This document shows, in pieces, positions 9,273-17,666 of a DNA stretch of 59,700 nt (its first letter is position 1; the number at the start of each line of letters is the position of its first letter). The notes beneath the pieces were generated by a model, which saw only the letters and a list, made by a program, of their open reading frames with translations, was not told the origin of the DNA and did not search any database. The stretch covers positions 1-59,700 of the forward strand of contig CAZYPN010000042.1 of assembly GCA_964649085.1 (NCBI GenBank). The letters run 5' to 3'. The DNA comes from an uncultured Burkholderiales bacterium. Lineage in GTDB: Bacteria; Vulcanimicrobiota; Xenobia; Xenobiales; JADMJV01. A program made the position numbers and the translations under genes.

Positions 9273-10235
9273 TCAGCGCGCAGTTGGTCCGAGCAGATAG
9301 CCCTCTGGCTGCGCCTCGACATCACCGCTGCGAAAACGGCCTTTCAAGCCAATCAGCGCGGTCTGAGCGTCCTCTTTGTCACCCCTCATCGTCTTGCGTC
9401 GATTCTGCTCGAAGTCGAGCTGGTCCTGAAGGGTGAACTCGGTTCCACTCCCGATGATCACATGCCTGAGCGTGTTGTAGCCTCCGGTCAATACCGACTC
9501 CCGCAGGGCGGGCCCAACTTCGTCGGCGAGTAACAGCACTCGCTCGGCCGCTTGAGAAATCGAGCTTCGGTCAGCCTGCCCGAATTGCAGCTCGGAAAGC
9601 GCGGCCAGCAGCCCCAGCTTCACTCCCCGAGCTTCATTTCCCGAGAGTTGACGATTCTTGATGTCCAGATCGCAACGCCCAACCGACTTCTGAACCGCGT
9701 GATGAACACTGTTCTCCAGGTCGGAAAAGCCTTCCCGGGTGGTAAAGTTGACGTTGCTCAGCAACTCAAAGCATCGGTCCGTGTGCGCCGGCGACTCCAG
9801 CGCCCAGCCGGCAATCTCGCGAACCTGCTGATCCAAAGGCAGGGCCAACATCGTCGCCAATCGCTCGGAATCGGTTAAGGAAAGGTGCGGGGAGGTGGGT
9901 GCCTCGGTGAAGCGACAGTCTCCAGATGGTGGGGTTCTCTCCGAGACGGACGTCAGGCCCAGTGCACCTAAACCGGGCACGGCCGAGAAGGCGGCCTGGA
10001 ACGCGGTCGATACCCAGCCAAGCAGCTTCTGAAGGCTGGATTTACGGGGCTCGCTCGGGGGGGCTTGGGTCTTCGCTTCGCTGAGAGAAGCCGGAGACTG
10101 TGGCAGTCCTGCCTCGGGGCGCCCGGACTTGCTCAGTGATATCGCATCTTGAACGTCTGCTCGTTCGAGCTGAGACTCTTCGTGCTTGGACGTTGGCCGA
10201 TAGGATATCTGATGTCGATGCGGCTTGATCATCAT
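9273..10235 (-). CDS. hypothetical protein
   Basis: 320-aa ORF, protein-like composition, no recognisable motifs. Confidence 0.4.
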   Translation of the reverse strand: MMIKPHRHQISYRPTSKHEESQLERADVQDAISLSKSGRPEAGLPQSPASLSEAKTQAPPSEPRKSSLQKLLGWVSTAFQAAFSAVPGLGALGLTSVSERTPPSGDCRFTEAPTSPHLSLTDSERLATMLALPLDQQVREIAGWALESPAHTDRCFELLSNVNFTTREGFSDLENSVHHAVQKSVGRCDLDIKNRQLSGNEARGVKLGLLAALSELQFGQADRSSISQAAERVLLLADEVGPALRESVLTGGYNTLRHVIIGSGTEFTLQDQLDFEQNRRKTMRGDKEDAQTALIGLKGRFRSGDVEAQPEGYLLGPTAR

Positions 10236-10289
10236 AGCCTGTTATCTTTCCGCAAGTGACTTCGAGTTCCTCCGCCTTGATTCCCAAGC

Positions 10290-10706
10290 CTATGCCCCTA
10301 GCCAGAGGGCTGTTGCCGCCAGCGAGGCTCCTGCTCCCAGGGCATAGGCCTGCAGGCCAACGTTTTTACCCCCGGTATCCGACATGGCTGCGGCCAGCAA
10401 TGAGGCCGGAGTTAGAGAGAGCCCCAGTCCGACAGCCCCGAGGGCCAATCCCAGTCCCAGTCCCATCTGGCCCGAAGCCAGGGAACGCAGGGCTCCGGCT
10501 CCCAGGGCGGCGGGCACCCCAACTCCCACGGCACCGGCGGCGAACCCACCTACCAGGTTGAACTCTTTCGATGAAGTGGATTGGAAGTGGTCGCCCGCCG
10601 GCTTCGCTGCCGGCCCTTCAGGACGCGGGCGAATCAGGGGCTTGATCGCGATGTTTGGCAGCTTAGAAATGTGCATGATGAGGTCTCCTGTGAAAGTGTT
10701 CGACAC
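10290..10706 (-). CDS. hypothetical Gly/Ala-rich membrane protein
   Basis: 138-aa ORF dominated by G/A/L hydrophobic stretches; could partly be a high-GC artefact. Confidence 0.3.
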   Translation of the reverse strand: MSNTFTGDLIMHISKLPNIAIKPLIRPRPEGPAAKPAGDHFQSTSSKEFNLVGGFAAGAVGVGVPAALGAGALRSLASGQMGLGLGLALGAVGLGLSLTPASLLAAAMSDTGGKNVGLQAYALGAGASLAATALWLGA

Positions 10707-10780
10707 GGGTGATGTCGTCGGGCAGGCTATTCCGTAGGGTTTAGATGAGCCTTAGATCGGTAGGCCCCATGTTGCCGACT

Positions 10781-11845
10781 TCAGGAAACCCTTACCCGGG
10801 GGGCGCGACGCGCTCGCCACTGTCCGGGAGATTCACCTTCCCATCGGTGAAAGGCGCGGATGAACGAATTGGTGTCGGCATAGCCCAGCAAGTAAGCGGT
10901 GTCGTTCAGGTCTAGTGACGACTCCAGCAAGTACTGTCGGGCCATCTCTCTGCGGGCCGACTCGATGACCTGATGCAGCGACTGGCCTTCTTCCAGCAGT
11001 CGACGCTGCAACGTGCGTGGCGTTAACCCAAGTCCCGTGGCGATCTGCTCCAGTCGAGGTCGTGCGCCCGCCAACGAGCGCAGGACGTAGGCCCTGACCT
11101 GGTCCTTGAGAAGACGAGTTTCCGATAACGCCCGCAGTTCTGCCTCGAGGGCAGGAGCAACGATCTCAAACAACTCAGGATTATGGGTGAGAAAGGGATA
11201 GCTCAAGTCCTCGGGCTTATAGAGAATACAGTTTCGGGCCTGGCCGAGCCGCACCGGGCAATCGAAGAAGCGTTGGTAGGATTCGCCTTCGGTCTGAGCC
11301 CGACGCAGTTCGATGCGCAGGGGCGATGGCTCTCGACCGGTGCCGCGACAGAGCACACTGTGAACCCAGGCAAAGCAGGTATCGATCAGCACTTCCGGCT
11401 CCTCGCGTTGGGCCAATAGAAATACAAACTCCACCCGGCACTCGCCTTCGGCTTCGCGCAACTGGATTTCCTCGGGGCAGGTCAAGCGCTTGTAGCGAGA
11501 CATCCTTTCCAGGGCTTCGCGGAAGTTACGACTGGCCAGGGCCGCCAAAGCCACCGGATTGTGACGTGCCAGGCGCGGCTCCCGACCCAGTTCCAGCCCG
11601 ATGGTCGGCCGGTCGCTGACCAGTCCAATGGCCCGGTGCAAGGAAAAGAATTCTTCCGTGTTGAGCAAAATCCGTGGCTCTTCAAACAGGCGCAGCGACA
11701 GGCCAGCTTCGCGCAGCACCGTAGGCACGCTCAGCCCGAGCTCACGAAGTCGGGCCTCGAGGCCCCTGGCAACTCGAAATCGTCGACTCACAAGGGTTGT
11801 AGTGTAGCGGATGAAGCCGTTGAAATCACTAGCAGATCGCGCCAC
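10781..11845 (-). CDS. AraC-family transcriptional regulator
   Basis: C-terminal AraC HTH (LTPRTLQRRLLEEGQSLHQVIESARREMARQYLLESSLDLNDTAYLLGYADTNSFIRAFHRWEGESP); divergent from the ADH gene. Confidence 0.8.
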   Translation of the reverse strand: MARSASDFNGFIRYTTTLVSRRFRVARGLEARLRELGLSVPTVLREAGLSLRLFEEPRILLNTEEFFSLHRAIGLVSDRPTIGLELGREPRLARHNPVALAALASRNFREALERMSRYKRLTCPEEIQLREAEGECRVEFVFLLAQREEPEVLIDTCFAWVHSVLCRGTGREPSPLRIELRRAQTEGESYQRFFDCPVRLGQARNCILYKPEDLSYPFLTHNPELFEIVAPALEAELRALSETRLLKDQVRAYVLRSLAGARPRLEQIATGLGLTPRTLQRRLLEEGQSLHQVIESARREMARQYLLESSLDLNDTAYLLGYADTNSFIRAFHRWEGESPGQWRARRAPRVRVS

Positions 11846-11900
11846 TCAATTGGCGCGATTGGCCAGTGCAGTCGGGCGACCTGGGCGCTACACTCGGCCC

Positions 11901-12962
11901 ATGAACACCAACACCGTTTCTGCTTATGGCGCTGTCAGCGCAACTTCCCCCCTAACCCCCCTCAGCATTGCTCGACGTGCAGTTCGGGACTCGGACGTCC
12001 AGATCGACATCCTTTACTGTGGCGTGTGTCACTCGGACCTGCATCAGGCTCGCGACGAGTGGCACTCGGCCGCGCCCACCAGATATCCTTGCGTTCCCGG
12101 CCACGAAATCGTGGGCCGAGTGACGGCCGTGGGGCAGATTGTGACTCGATTCCGGGTGGGCGACTACGCCTGTGTGGGCTGCATGGTCGATTCGTGTCGC
12201 AGTTGCCCCTCCTGTCAGTCGGGTCTCGAGCAATTTTGCAGCAGCTTTGCCACCTTTACTTACAACGGCGAAGACAAAGTCTTGGGCGGACACACCTTTG
12301 GTGGTTACTCCCGCTCGATTGTGGTCGACGAGGCCTTCACACTGAAGCTGCCCGACGGCCTCGATCCTGCCTCCAGTGCGCCCTTGCTCTGCGCCGGTAT
12401 CACCACCTATTCGCCTTTGCGTCACTGGCAGGCTGGTCCCGGCAAGAAGGTCGGCATCGTAGGTTTGGGGGGGCTGGGCCATATGGGGGTCAAGTTCTCT
12501 CGGGCGCTGGGAGCCCACACCGTGCTCTTCACTACCTCGCCTTCCAAAGTTGAAGATGGCAAGCGATTGGGTGCCCACGAGGTCGTGGTGACCCGGGAAC
12601 CGGAGGCCATGATCGAGCATCGAGGTAGTTTCGACCTGGTGCTCGACACCGTAAGCGCCCAGCACGACATCAACGCCTACCTGCAGTTGCTCAAACTGGA
12701 CGGGAGCCTGGTATTGGTAGGCGCTCCGGAACAACCGCTGCCGGTGGCTGCCTTTAATCTGTTGCTGCCACGTCGACATTTCTCGGGATCGGCCATCGGC
12801 GGCATTCGCGAAACCCAGGAGATGCTCGAGTTCTGCGCGGCTCACAAGCTGAGCTGCGATATCGAACTGATTTCCATCCAGGATATCAACCAGGCCTATG
12901 AGCGGCTGTTGAAGCAGGACGTGCGCTATCGCTTCGTGATTGATATGGCCACGTTGAAATAG
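11901..12962 (+). CDS. zinc-dependent NAD(P)-alcohol dehydrogenase (YahK/cinnamyl-ADH-like)
   Basis: ATG at 11901 inside ORF 11811..12962; GVCHSDLH...GHEIVGRV zinc-ligand motifs, C-x2-C-x2-C structural zinc site, GLGGLGHMGVKF Rossmann motif. Confidence 0.85.
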   Translation: MNTNTVSAYGAVSATSPLTPLSIARRAVRDSDVQIDILYCGVCHSDLHQARDEWHSAAPTRYPCVPGHEIVGRVTAVGQIVTRFRVGDYACVGCMVDSCRSCPSCQSGLEQFCSSFATFTYNGEDKVLGGHTFGGYSRSIVVDEAFTLKLPDGLDPASSAPLLCAGITTYSPLRHWQAGPGKKVGIVGLGGLGHMGVKFSRALGAHTVLFTTSPSKVEDGKRLGAHEVVVTREPEAMIEHRGSFDLVLDTVSAQHDINAYLQLLKLDGSLVLVGAPEQPLPVAAFNLLLPRRHFSGSAIGGIRETQEMLEFCAAHKLSCDIELISIQDINQAYERLLKQDVRYRFVIDMATLK

Positions 12963-12971
12963 CCAGAATTC

Positions 12972-14345
12972 CTACTTGTTCACGGTTTGCACGGCTAGGC
13001 AGCTCTTTTTCCACTCGTCCAGGGGAATCTCGCGCTCGCCCCCCCAGGTGTGGTAGCGCACCATCGCCGGGTTGCGTGTGCGGTCGATGGCCAGCACCGT
13101 CACCACGTGAAAAGCGTTGGCTGCGTCGGTTTTGAAGCGCTGGGGATCGAGCAGCGAAACGGAAACGGGCTTGCCCTGGCTGAGGTCGGCTTCGACTTCT
13201 CTCCACATTCGATCGGGGGTCGATTCCACCCAGCTCGAGGGAGAGGCCCCGAAGAATTGCTCTTGCAGATAGCTCCACTGTTCCGGGTCATGGCCCTGTT
13301 TGCCCGGGCTGTTGGGGTCGTATCGGTCGCTATCCTTGGCATTCCAGCCTTTCATCAGATTGCCCCAGGGCCCTGCGATGGGAGAGCGGGTGGCCGTAAG
13401 GTAGGCGTGGATGCCGTTCAGCCCTCGCTTGGCCGCCGGAATGGCTCGACTGCCTTCGGCGCCGAAGTTCTGCACATTGTCCTGAAAAAGGCGCTCGCTG
13501 GACTGGCTGCGGCCGGGCAGGTCGGCGCACTCTTGATAGTCGCCCTGGGGATATTTGGCCTTGACGATGGAGCCGTTGGGCAGGGTGAAGTCTTTGCCTT
13601 CGGCCATGCTCGTCACCAGATCGACATACATTTTCGGGTTCATCATGGCCAGTTTTACCTGGGCGCTGGTGGACGAGCAGGTGGGCCCGGAGAGGTTGTT
13701 GATGACGCTGGGGTTGGCCACGTCCTGAAGCAGGTCGCGCACCAGAGTTCTCTTCTTCCCCTCTTCGAGGCCAGGACGGCTGAGGAACTCTTGCAGCCGA
13801 CCGCAAATGGCTTGAAGGTCTGCTTTCTTGAGTTTCCGGGCGGCGGCCATCAGCAGCGAGAAGTGGGCCTCGTCCTGGGGGAGCTGGTCGAGTAGGGCTT
13901 CCACCTGTGGGCGCACGTCTGGCTCCAGACGCTGGCTGAGCTGCTCACGGTTGGTGACACCTTTGGTCATGTTTTCCAGCGGCGAGCCGCCTACCGGGGT
14001 CGACGACTGTTCCCAGTTTTTCTTCAAGATGTCGGGCGAGAGGGCTTCCAGCATGGCCGGTCCGCCCGTCGTGTAGAGCCTGGCCCAGGCAGCCATGCGC
14101 CGGGCCGGGTTGGGGTCGGCCAGAGCCTGCAACAGGGTAGGGGCGAGGCCGCTTTTGAATGGGGCCATCACCAGTTTTTCCCCAAGTTCGGCAGCCAACT
14201 GGGCCGAATGCTCCGCCTTTTCCAGAGTTTTGACCACCCCCGGCGGAGCCACTCGATTCACCACCGCCTTGAAGCCCGTTTTTGCCTGTCGAACCTTACG
14301 GTCCAGAAAGGTCACGGGGTTGATACCCAGTTGCAGGTCGGCCAT
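12972..14345 (-). CDS. hypothetical protein with possible papain-like Cys/His C-terminal domain
   Basis: ATG at 14345 (MADLQLGINP) inside ORF 12972..14453; helical N-terminal half; C-terminal half contains GPTCSSTSAQ ... AFHVVTVLAIDRT, arranged like a cysteine-peptidase Cys/His pair (tentative). Confidence 0.45.
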   Translation of the reverse strand: MADLQLGINPVTFLDRKVRQAKTGFKAVVNRVAPPGVVKTLEKAEHSAQLAAELGEKLVMAPFKSGLAPTLLQALADPNPARRMAAWARLYTTGGPAMLEALSPDILKKNWEQSSTPVGGSPLENMTKGVTNREQLSQRLEPDVRPQVEALLDQLPQDEAHFSLLMAAARKLKKADLQAICGRLQEFLSRPGLEEGKKRTLVRDLLQDVANPSVINNLSGPTCSSTSAQVKLAMMNPKMYVDLVTSMAEGKDFTLPNGSIVKAKYPQGDYQECADLPGRSQSSERLFQDNVQNFGAEGSRAIPAAKRGLNGIHAYLTATRSPIAGPWGNLMKGWNAKDSDRYDPNSPGKQGHDPEQWSYLQEQFFGASPSSWVESTPDRMWREVEADLSQGKPVSVSLLDPQRFKTDAANAFHVVTVLAIDRTRNPAMVRYHTWGGEREIPLDEWKKSCLAVQTVNK

Positions 14346-14445
14346 GGGAGAATACCTCGCTTTTTCTTTCGAGGTTAGCGGTGGGGGGCGTGGGGGGAGC
14401 GAGAATGCGGTTACCGGGATGTTACACGGGGCAAGAAGCAGGGCG

Positions 14446-14748
14446 ATGGACATTCTTGCATGGATTCGACAGCTGCTCGACTGTGAGGGCGAGCCCGAGC
14501 GGCTGGACTTTGATGGGCTGGAGGAGGCGCTGCTGGAGCTGCGGGGCCGGCTGGAGGCGCACGACGATGACCACCAGGGGACGGAGCTAACCGAGATGAC
14601 CGATTTGCTGGCCGGTGTCTGCGAAGACCTGGACCGTTTTTTAGACAGCGAGGACTTTGGCCATCTGCGGGCGGCGGCCGAAAAGGCTCAGGAACTGGTG
14701 GACATTCAGGCCAACCTGCGCTACGAGGCTGAACTGGAAAAAGGATAA
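14446..14748 (+). CDS. small acidic hypothetical protein
   Basis: ATG at 14446 (MDILAWIRQLL...) inside ORF 14095..14748; the 5' part of that ORF is antisense to the 12972..14345 gene and was discarded. Confidence 0.3.
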   Translation: MDILAWIRQLLDCEGEPERLDFDGLEEALLELRGRLEAHDDDHQGTELTEMTDLLAGVCEDLDRFLDSEDFGHLRAAAEKAQELVDIQANLRYEAELEKG

Positions 14749-15288
14749 TGGTCACGGACAGGGGTCGAGCGGGTGGTTATCTTGGGAGCATGGAAAAGGT
14801 TCTGGTTGCTCCCTTCTTGTTGGCGTTCACCGGTCTGATGTTTCACTTCTGCTGGGTGTTTCTGAAGATTGTCGTGCTGAGCCTCTGGAAGCGATTTCTT
14901 GAGGTTCCGCTGAGCGACCCGGATCTGCTGACTGCCCGTCAGAAGGCGCTGTGGCATTTGGAACAGTTGCCCTGGAATGACCAGAAGGTCTATTGGGAAT
15001 CCCTGGATCTGCCCGTAGGTCGGAGCTGTTGTGCGAGCTGATGGACCTGCCCAAGCTGGACCCAGGGTTGCAAAAGTGGCTGCTCAAGGAGAGCCGGGTG
15101 CCCGATTTCACTCTTTTGCCACCAGGGGCGGTGGTTGGGGTCGAGCCCGGACTGACCCCGGCCTCCTAGACCAATTCTCGTAAGTATTGTCCGCACAAAC
15201 TCTGATAAAGTCGGGTTACAAGGCGGCCAATCAAGACAGAACTTTTGAGAATTGGTATAGCAACGAGCGACGCGCCTGGCCGTCATGC

Positions 15289-15317
15289 AAAAAAGCCCGG
15301 GGGAATCCGGGCTTTTT
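15289..15317. terminator. intrinsic terminator-like hairpin (aaaaaagcccggggg aatccgggcttttt), A/T tracts on both sides
   Basis: GC stem flanked by A6 and T5; homologous in position to the hairpins at 29844 and 30974. Confidence 0.6.
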
Positions 15318-15324
15318 GCGCTCG

Positions 15325-15490
15325 TCTCAGTTGTGCTTGAAGGCGTAAATGGTGCGGCTGATTGCGTTGAGGTCCTGGTGAAGCTGGCGCCGCTCGACCG
15401 GGCCCACCCAGCCGTTGTCTCCCTTGGCCGCGGCCAGCTCGCCGCGGGCGTCGCTGCGCATCTCCTTCAGGGTGGCCAGTTCGCTCTCGT
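15325..15490 (-). pseudogene. 5'-deleted, diverged copy of the repeated 88-aa small-protein gene
   Basis: Minus-strand translation gives ...SELATLKEMRSDARGELAAAKGDNGWVGPVERRQLHQDLNAISRTIYAFKHN, but a roughly 110-bp deletion joins the coding region directly to leader-homologous sequence (ctcgtgtgagttcctt); no start codon. Confidence 0.6.
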
Positions 15491-15608
15491 GTGAGTTCCT
15501 TCCGTTCGCTGCTGATGGACCCAGCTTACCGGGGCTCCCTCAGCAAGGGCTCAGGAGGTTCTCAAAGATGGCTCAAAACCTTGAAGAAAGGGTAAACCTT
15601 TGCTCGGA

Positions 15609-15959
15609 TTACAGGCGAAGGTCGAAAATTTGCCCCGGAAGCAGTATTCCATCGCCCCCGGCAGGGGCAGTTTGGGCGCAGCCACAAGGCCGTGCTTCCA
15701 GGCGGGCTAACTCGGCCTTGAGAGCGGCCAGTCGTTGGCGTTTCTGGTGTTCTTCGCTTCCCGGACCTTGATAGTTCATGAAGTTCATGCGGCCTTCCAA
15801 CCATCGCTCAAGAGAACGGATTTCCTGGCGGATGGCCACGCTACGTTGTTCTTGAAGAACCTCCCTTGCCTTTGCGAATACGCCCCTGCGGGGGACCCGA
15901 CTGCAGCTCGCCAGCCGCTGATTCAAGTCGCGGATGTCCTGGATGCCCGTTGTCTTCAT
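15609..15959 (-). CDS. hypothetical coiled-coil protein
   Basis: ORF 15609..15974, internal start MKTTGIQDIRDLNQRL; weak. Confidence 0.3.
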   Translation of the reverse strand: MKTTGIQDIRDLNQRLASCSRVPRRGVFAKAREVLQEQRSVAIRQEIRSLERWLEGRMNFMNYQGPGSEEHQKRQRLAALKAELARLEARPCGCAQTAPAGGDGILLPGQIFDLRL

Positions 15960-16101
15960 CTGCCTGTCCTCCATAGCCCACTGGTGATGGCTTTAGAGTA
16001 GCTCCTGGATTGTGCCCACTTTAAGAAAGACGCCGCTCGATTATTGACGAGACGTAAAACCTGCAGCCAAGACTTGCTGCCTGCCCGTCGAACCCACCCG
16101 G

Positions 16102-16578
16102 GTGCCCCGTTGTCGTGGACTGAGCCTGTTGGAAACCCTGGTGGTCCTGTTGCTCACTTCGCTGGTGCTGATGGTGACCGGATGGTACCTGCGCCGGGCC
16201 GTTCGCCTGGGCCTCACCCCGCTCGACCGCGGACGCGAGGCGCTGGAACTGGCTTCGCGACAGCTGCTGCTGGATGTCGAAGGTGCCCTGCAGGTCGAGT
16301 GGGCTTCGGGCCAGCTACTGCTGCGTCGGGCGCCGCTGGGTCGGCCGGGTCGGCTGCCCGCGACTGAGGCCAGTTGGAGCTACAACACACCGCTGGAAGA
16401 AGTGGTCTACCACCTGGCCGATGGGCAGCTGTGGCGCAACCTGGGGGGAAGGCAACTACGACTTTGTCCGGCCGAAGGATTTCAAGCTCAACTCGCGGCG
16501 GACGGTCGCAACCTTCAAATTCACCTCTGGTCGGGTTCCACCGTGGTGCGCCGCAGCCTCTACCGATGGGTTCTGTAG
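16102..16578 (+). CDS. prepilin-type N-terminal cleavage/methylation domain pseudopilin (GspJ/minor pilin-like)
   Basis: GTG start; MPRCRG|LSLLETLVVLLLTSLVL matches the class III signal peptide G-[FL]-[ST]-L-[IL]-E with Glu at +5. Confidence 0.65.
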   Translation: MPRCRGLSLLETLVVLLLTSLVLMVTGWYLRRAVRLGLTPLDRGREALELASRQLLLDVEGALQVEWASGQLLLRRAPLGRPGRLPATEASWSYNTPLEEVVYHLADGQLWRNLGGRQLRLCPAEGFQAQLAADGRNLQIHLWSGSTVVRRSLYRWVL

Positions 16579-16598
16579 AACCACGCCGCTCGGGAGAG

Positions 16599-17666
16599 AT
16601 GGAGCGCGAGTGGATGGAGTCTGCCACTCTGCCGGCCCAGCAGCGTTTTCTCTTCACGCGCCATCTTGCGCTGCTCTTCGGTTCGGGCGTGCCGCTGGTA
16701 CGTTCACTGGAAGCCCTGGCCGAACAGGCTGACCACCCCACCACAGCCGAGGTGCTGTGGTGTCTGCAGCGGGATTTGGAGCGAGGTCAGCCGCTGTCGC
16801 GCGCCTGCGCCCGCTTTCCCGAGATTTTCGGCCCCACCTACGTGGCGGTTCTGCAGGTGGCGGAGCAGACCGGTGCCCTGCATCGCAGCTTGATGCAGCT
16901 GGCCGAGTGGCTCGAGCAAGAGGCCGCCTCGCGGCGTTCCCTGGCTGCGCTGCTGGCCTATCCACTGTTCATCCTGGGACTGACGCTGCTGATGTCGCTT
17001 TGGATGTGTTGGGCTGTGCTTCCTCCGATTTTGGCCGGGCTCGAGGGTGTGGCCCTGCCCTGGCCTACTCGAGTCTTAATGCTGGCCACGGCTTTGCTGC
17101 AAAGGCCGCTGGGACTGGCTCTGGTCATCGCTCTGTCGTTGGGTGGGCTGGGTCTCAGCTACCGAACCTGGCTGCGCCCTCCGGTGGGACTGCGTTTCTG
17201 GCTCTGGCGACAGGTGGTCAAAGTTCCGGTTCTGGGTCTGGCGCTGCGCGATTGGGCCTTGCTGCGTTATTGCGCAGCCGCCGAAATTTTGCTCGAATCG
17301 GGCAGCAGCCTGGTCACCAGTCTCAGACTGGCGCCTCGAGCTTCCGGTAACCCCTGGCTGGCCGATGACAGTTCTCGTCTTTGCACGGCCCTCGAGCACG
17401 GCCAGGAACTGGCTGCGCTGCTGCAGGTTCGTCCCCTGCTCTATGGGAGGTTGTTGCCCGCGCTGGTGCTGGCCTATAGCGAGTCTGGCCTGCTTTCCAG
17501 GGGGTTTGCCCGGGCTCGGCGTGGGCTCGAGCAAGAGGTCGAGTCGCGCTTTAGCGTCCTGCGCCAGGCCCTCGAGCCCCTGTTGCTGGTGGTTCTGGGC
17601 GGGCTGGTGTTGTTCTTCTTGCTCAGCGTCATGCTGCCGCTCTATGCCCAGTTGCAACAGCTCTAA
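16599..17666 (+). CDS. type II secretion / type IV pilus platform protein GspF/PilC family
   Basis: ATG at 16599 in ORF 16374..17666; polytopic membrane protein; T2SSF-like cytoplasmic domain motifs (LALLFGSGVPLVRSLEALAEQ ... LQVAEQTGAL). Confidence 0.65.
   Translation: MEREWMESATLPAQQRFLFTRHLALLFGSGVPLVRSLEALAEQADHPTTAEVLWCLQRDLERGQPLSRACARFPEIFGPTYVAVLQVAEQTGALHRSLMQLAEWLEQEAASRRSLAALLAYPLFILGLTLLMSLWMCWAVLPPILAGLEGVALPWPTRVLMLATALLQRPLGLALVIALSLGGLGLSYRTWLRPPVGLRFWLWRQVVKVPVLGLALRDWALLRYCAAAEILLESGSSLVTSLRLAPRASGNPWLADDSSRLCTALEHGQELAALLQVRPLLYGRLLPALVLAYSESGLLSRGFARARRGLEQEVESRFSVLRQALEPLLLVVLGGLVLFFLLSVMLPLYAQLQQL

Noticed and set aside
11561-12553. 330-aa plus-strand ORF overlapping the AraC 5' end and the ADH gene in another frame
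   Set aside because: Out-of-frame overlap with a strongly supported ADH; Arg/Ser/Pro-rich.
13050-13895. 281-aa plus-strand ORF
   Set aside because: Antisense to the 12972..14345 gene.
14095-14445. 5' portion of ORF 14095..14748
   Set aside because: Antisense to the 12972..14345 gene; only the ATG at 14446 onward kept, at low confidence.
15040-15170. 43-codon open frame following ORF 14748..15041 with locally similar sequence (LDLPVG / MDLPKLD)
   Set aside because: Could indicate a frameshifted gene but both parts are short and unconserved to my eye; too weak to call.
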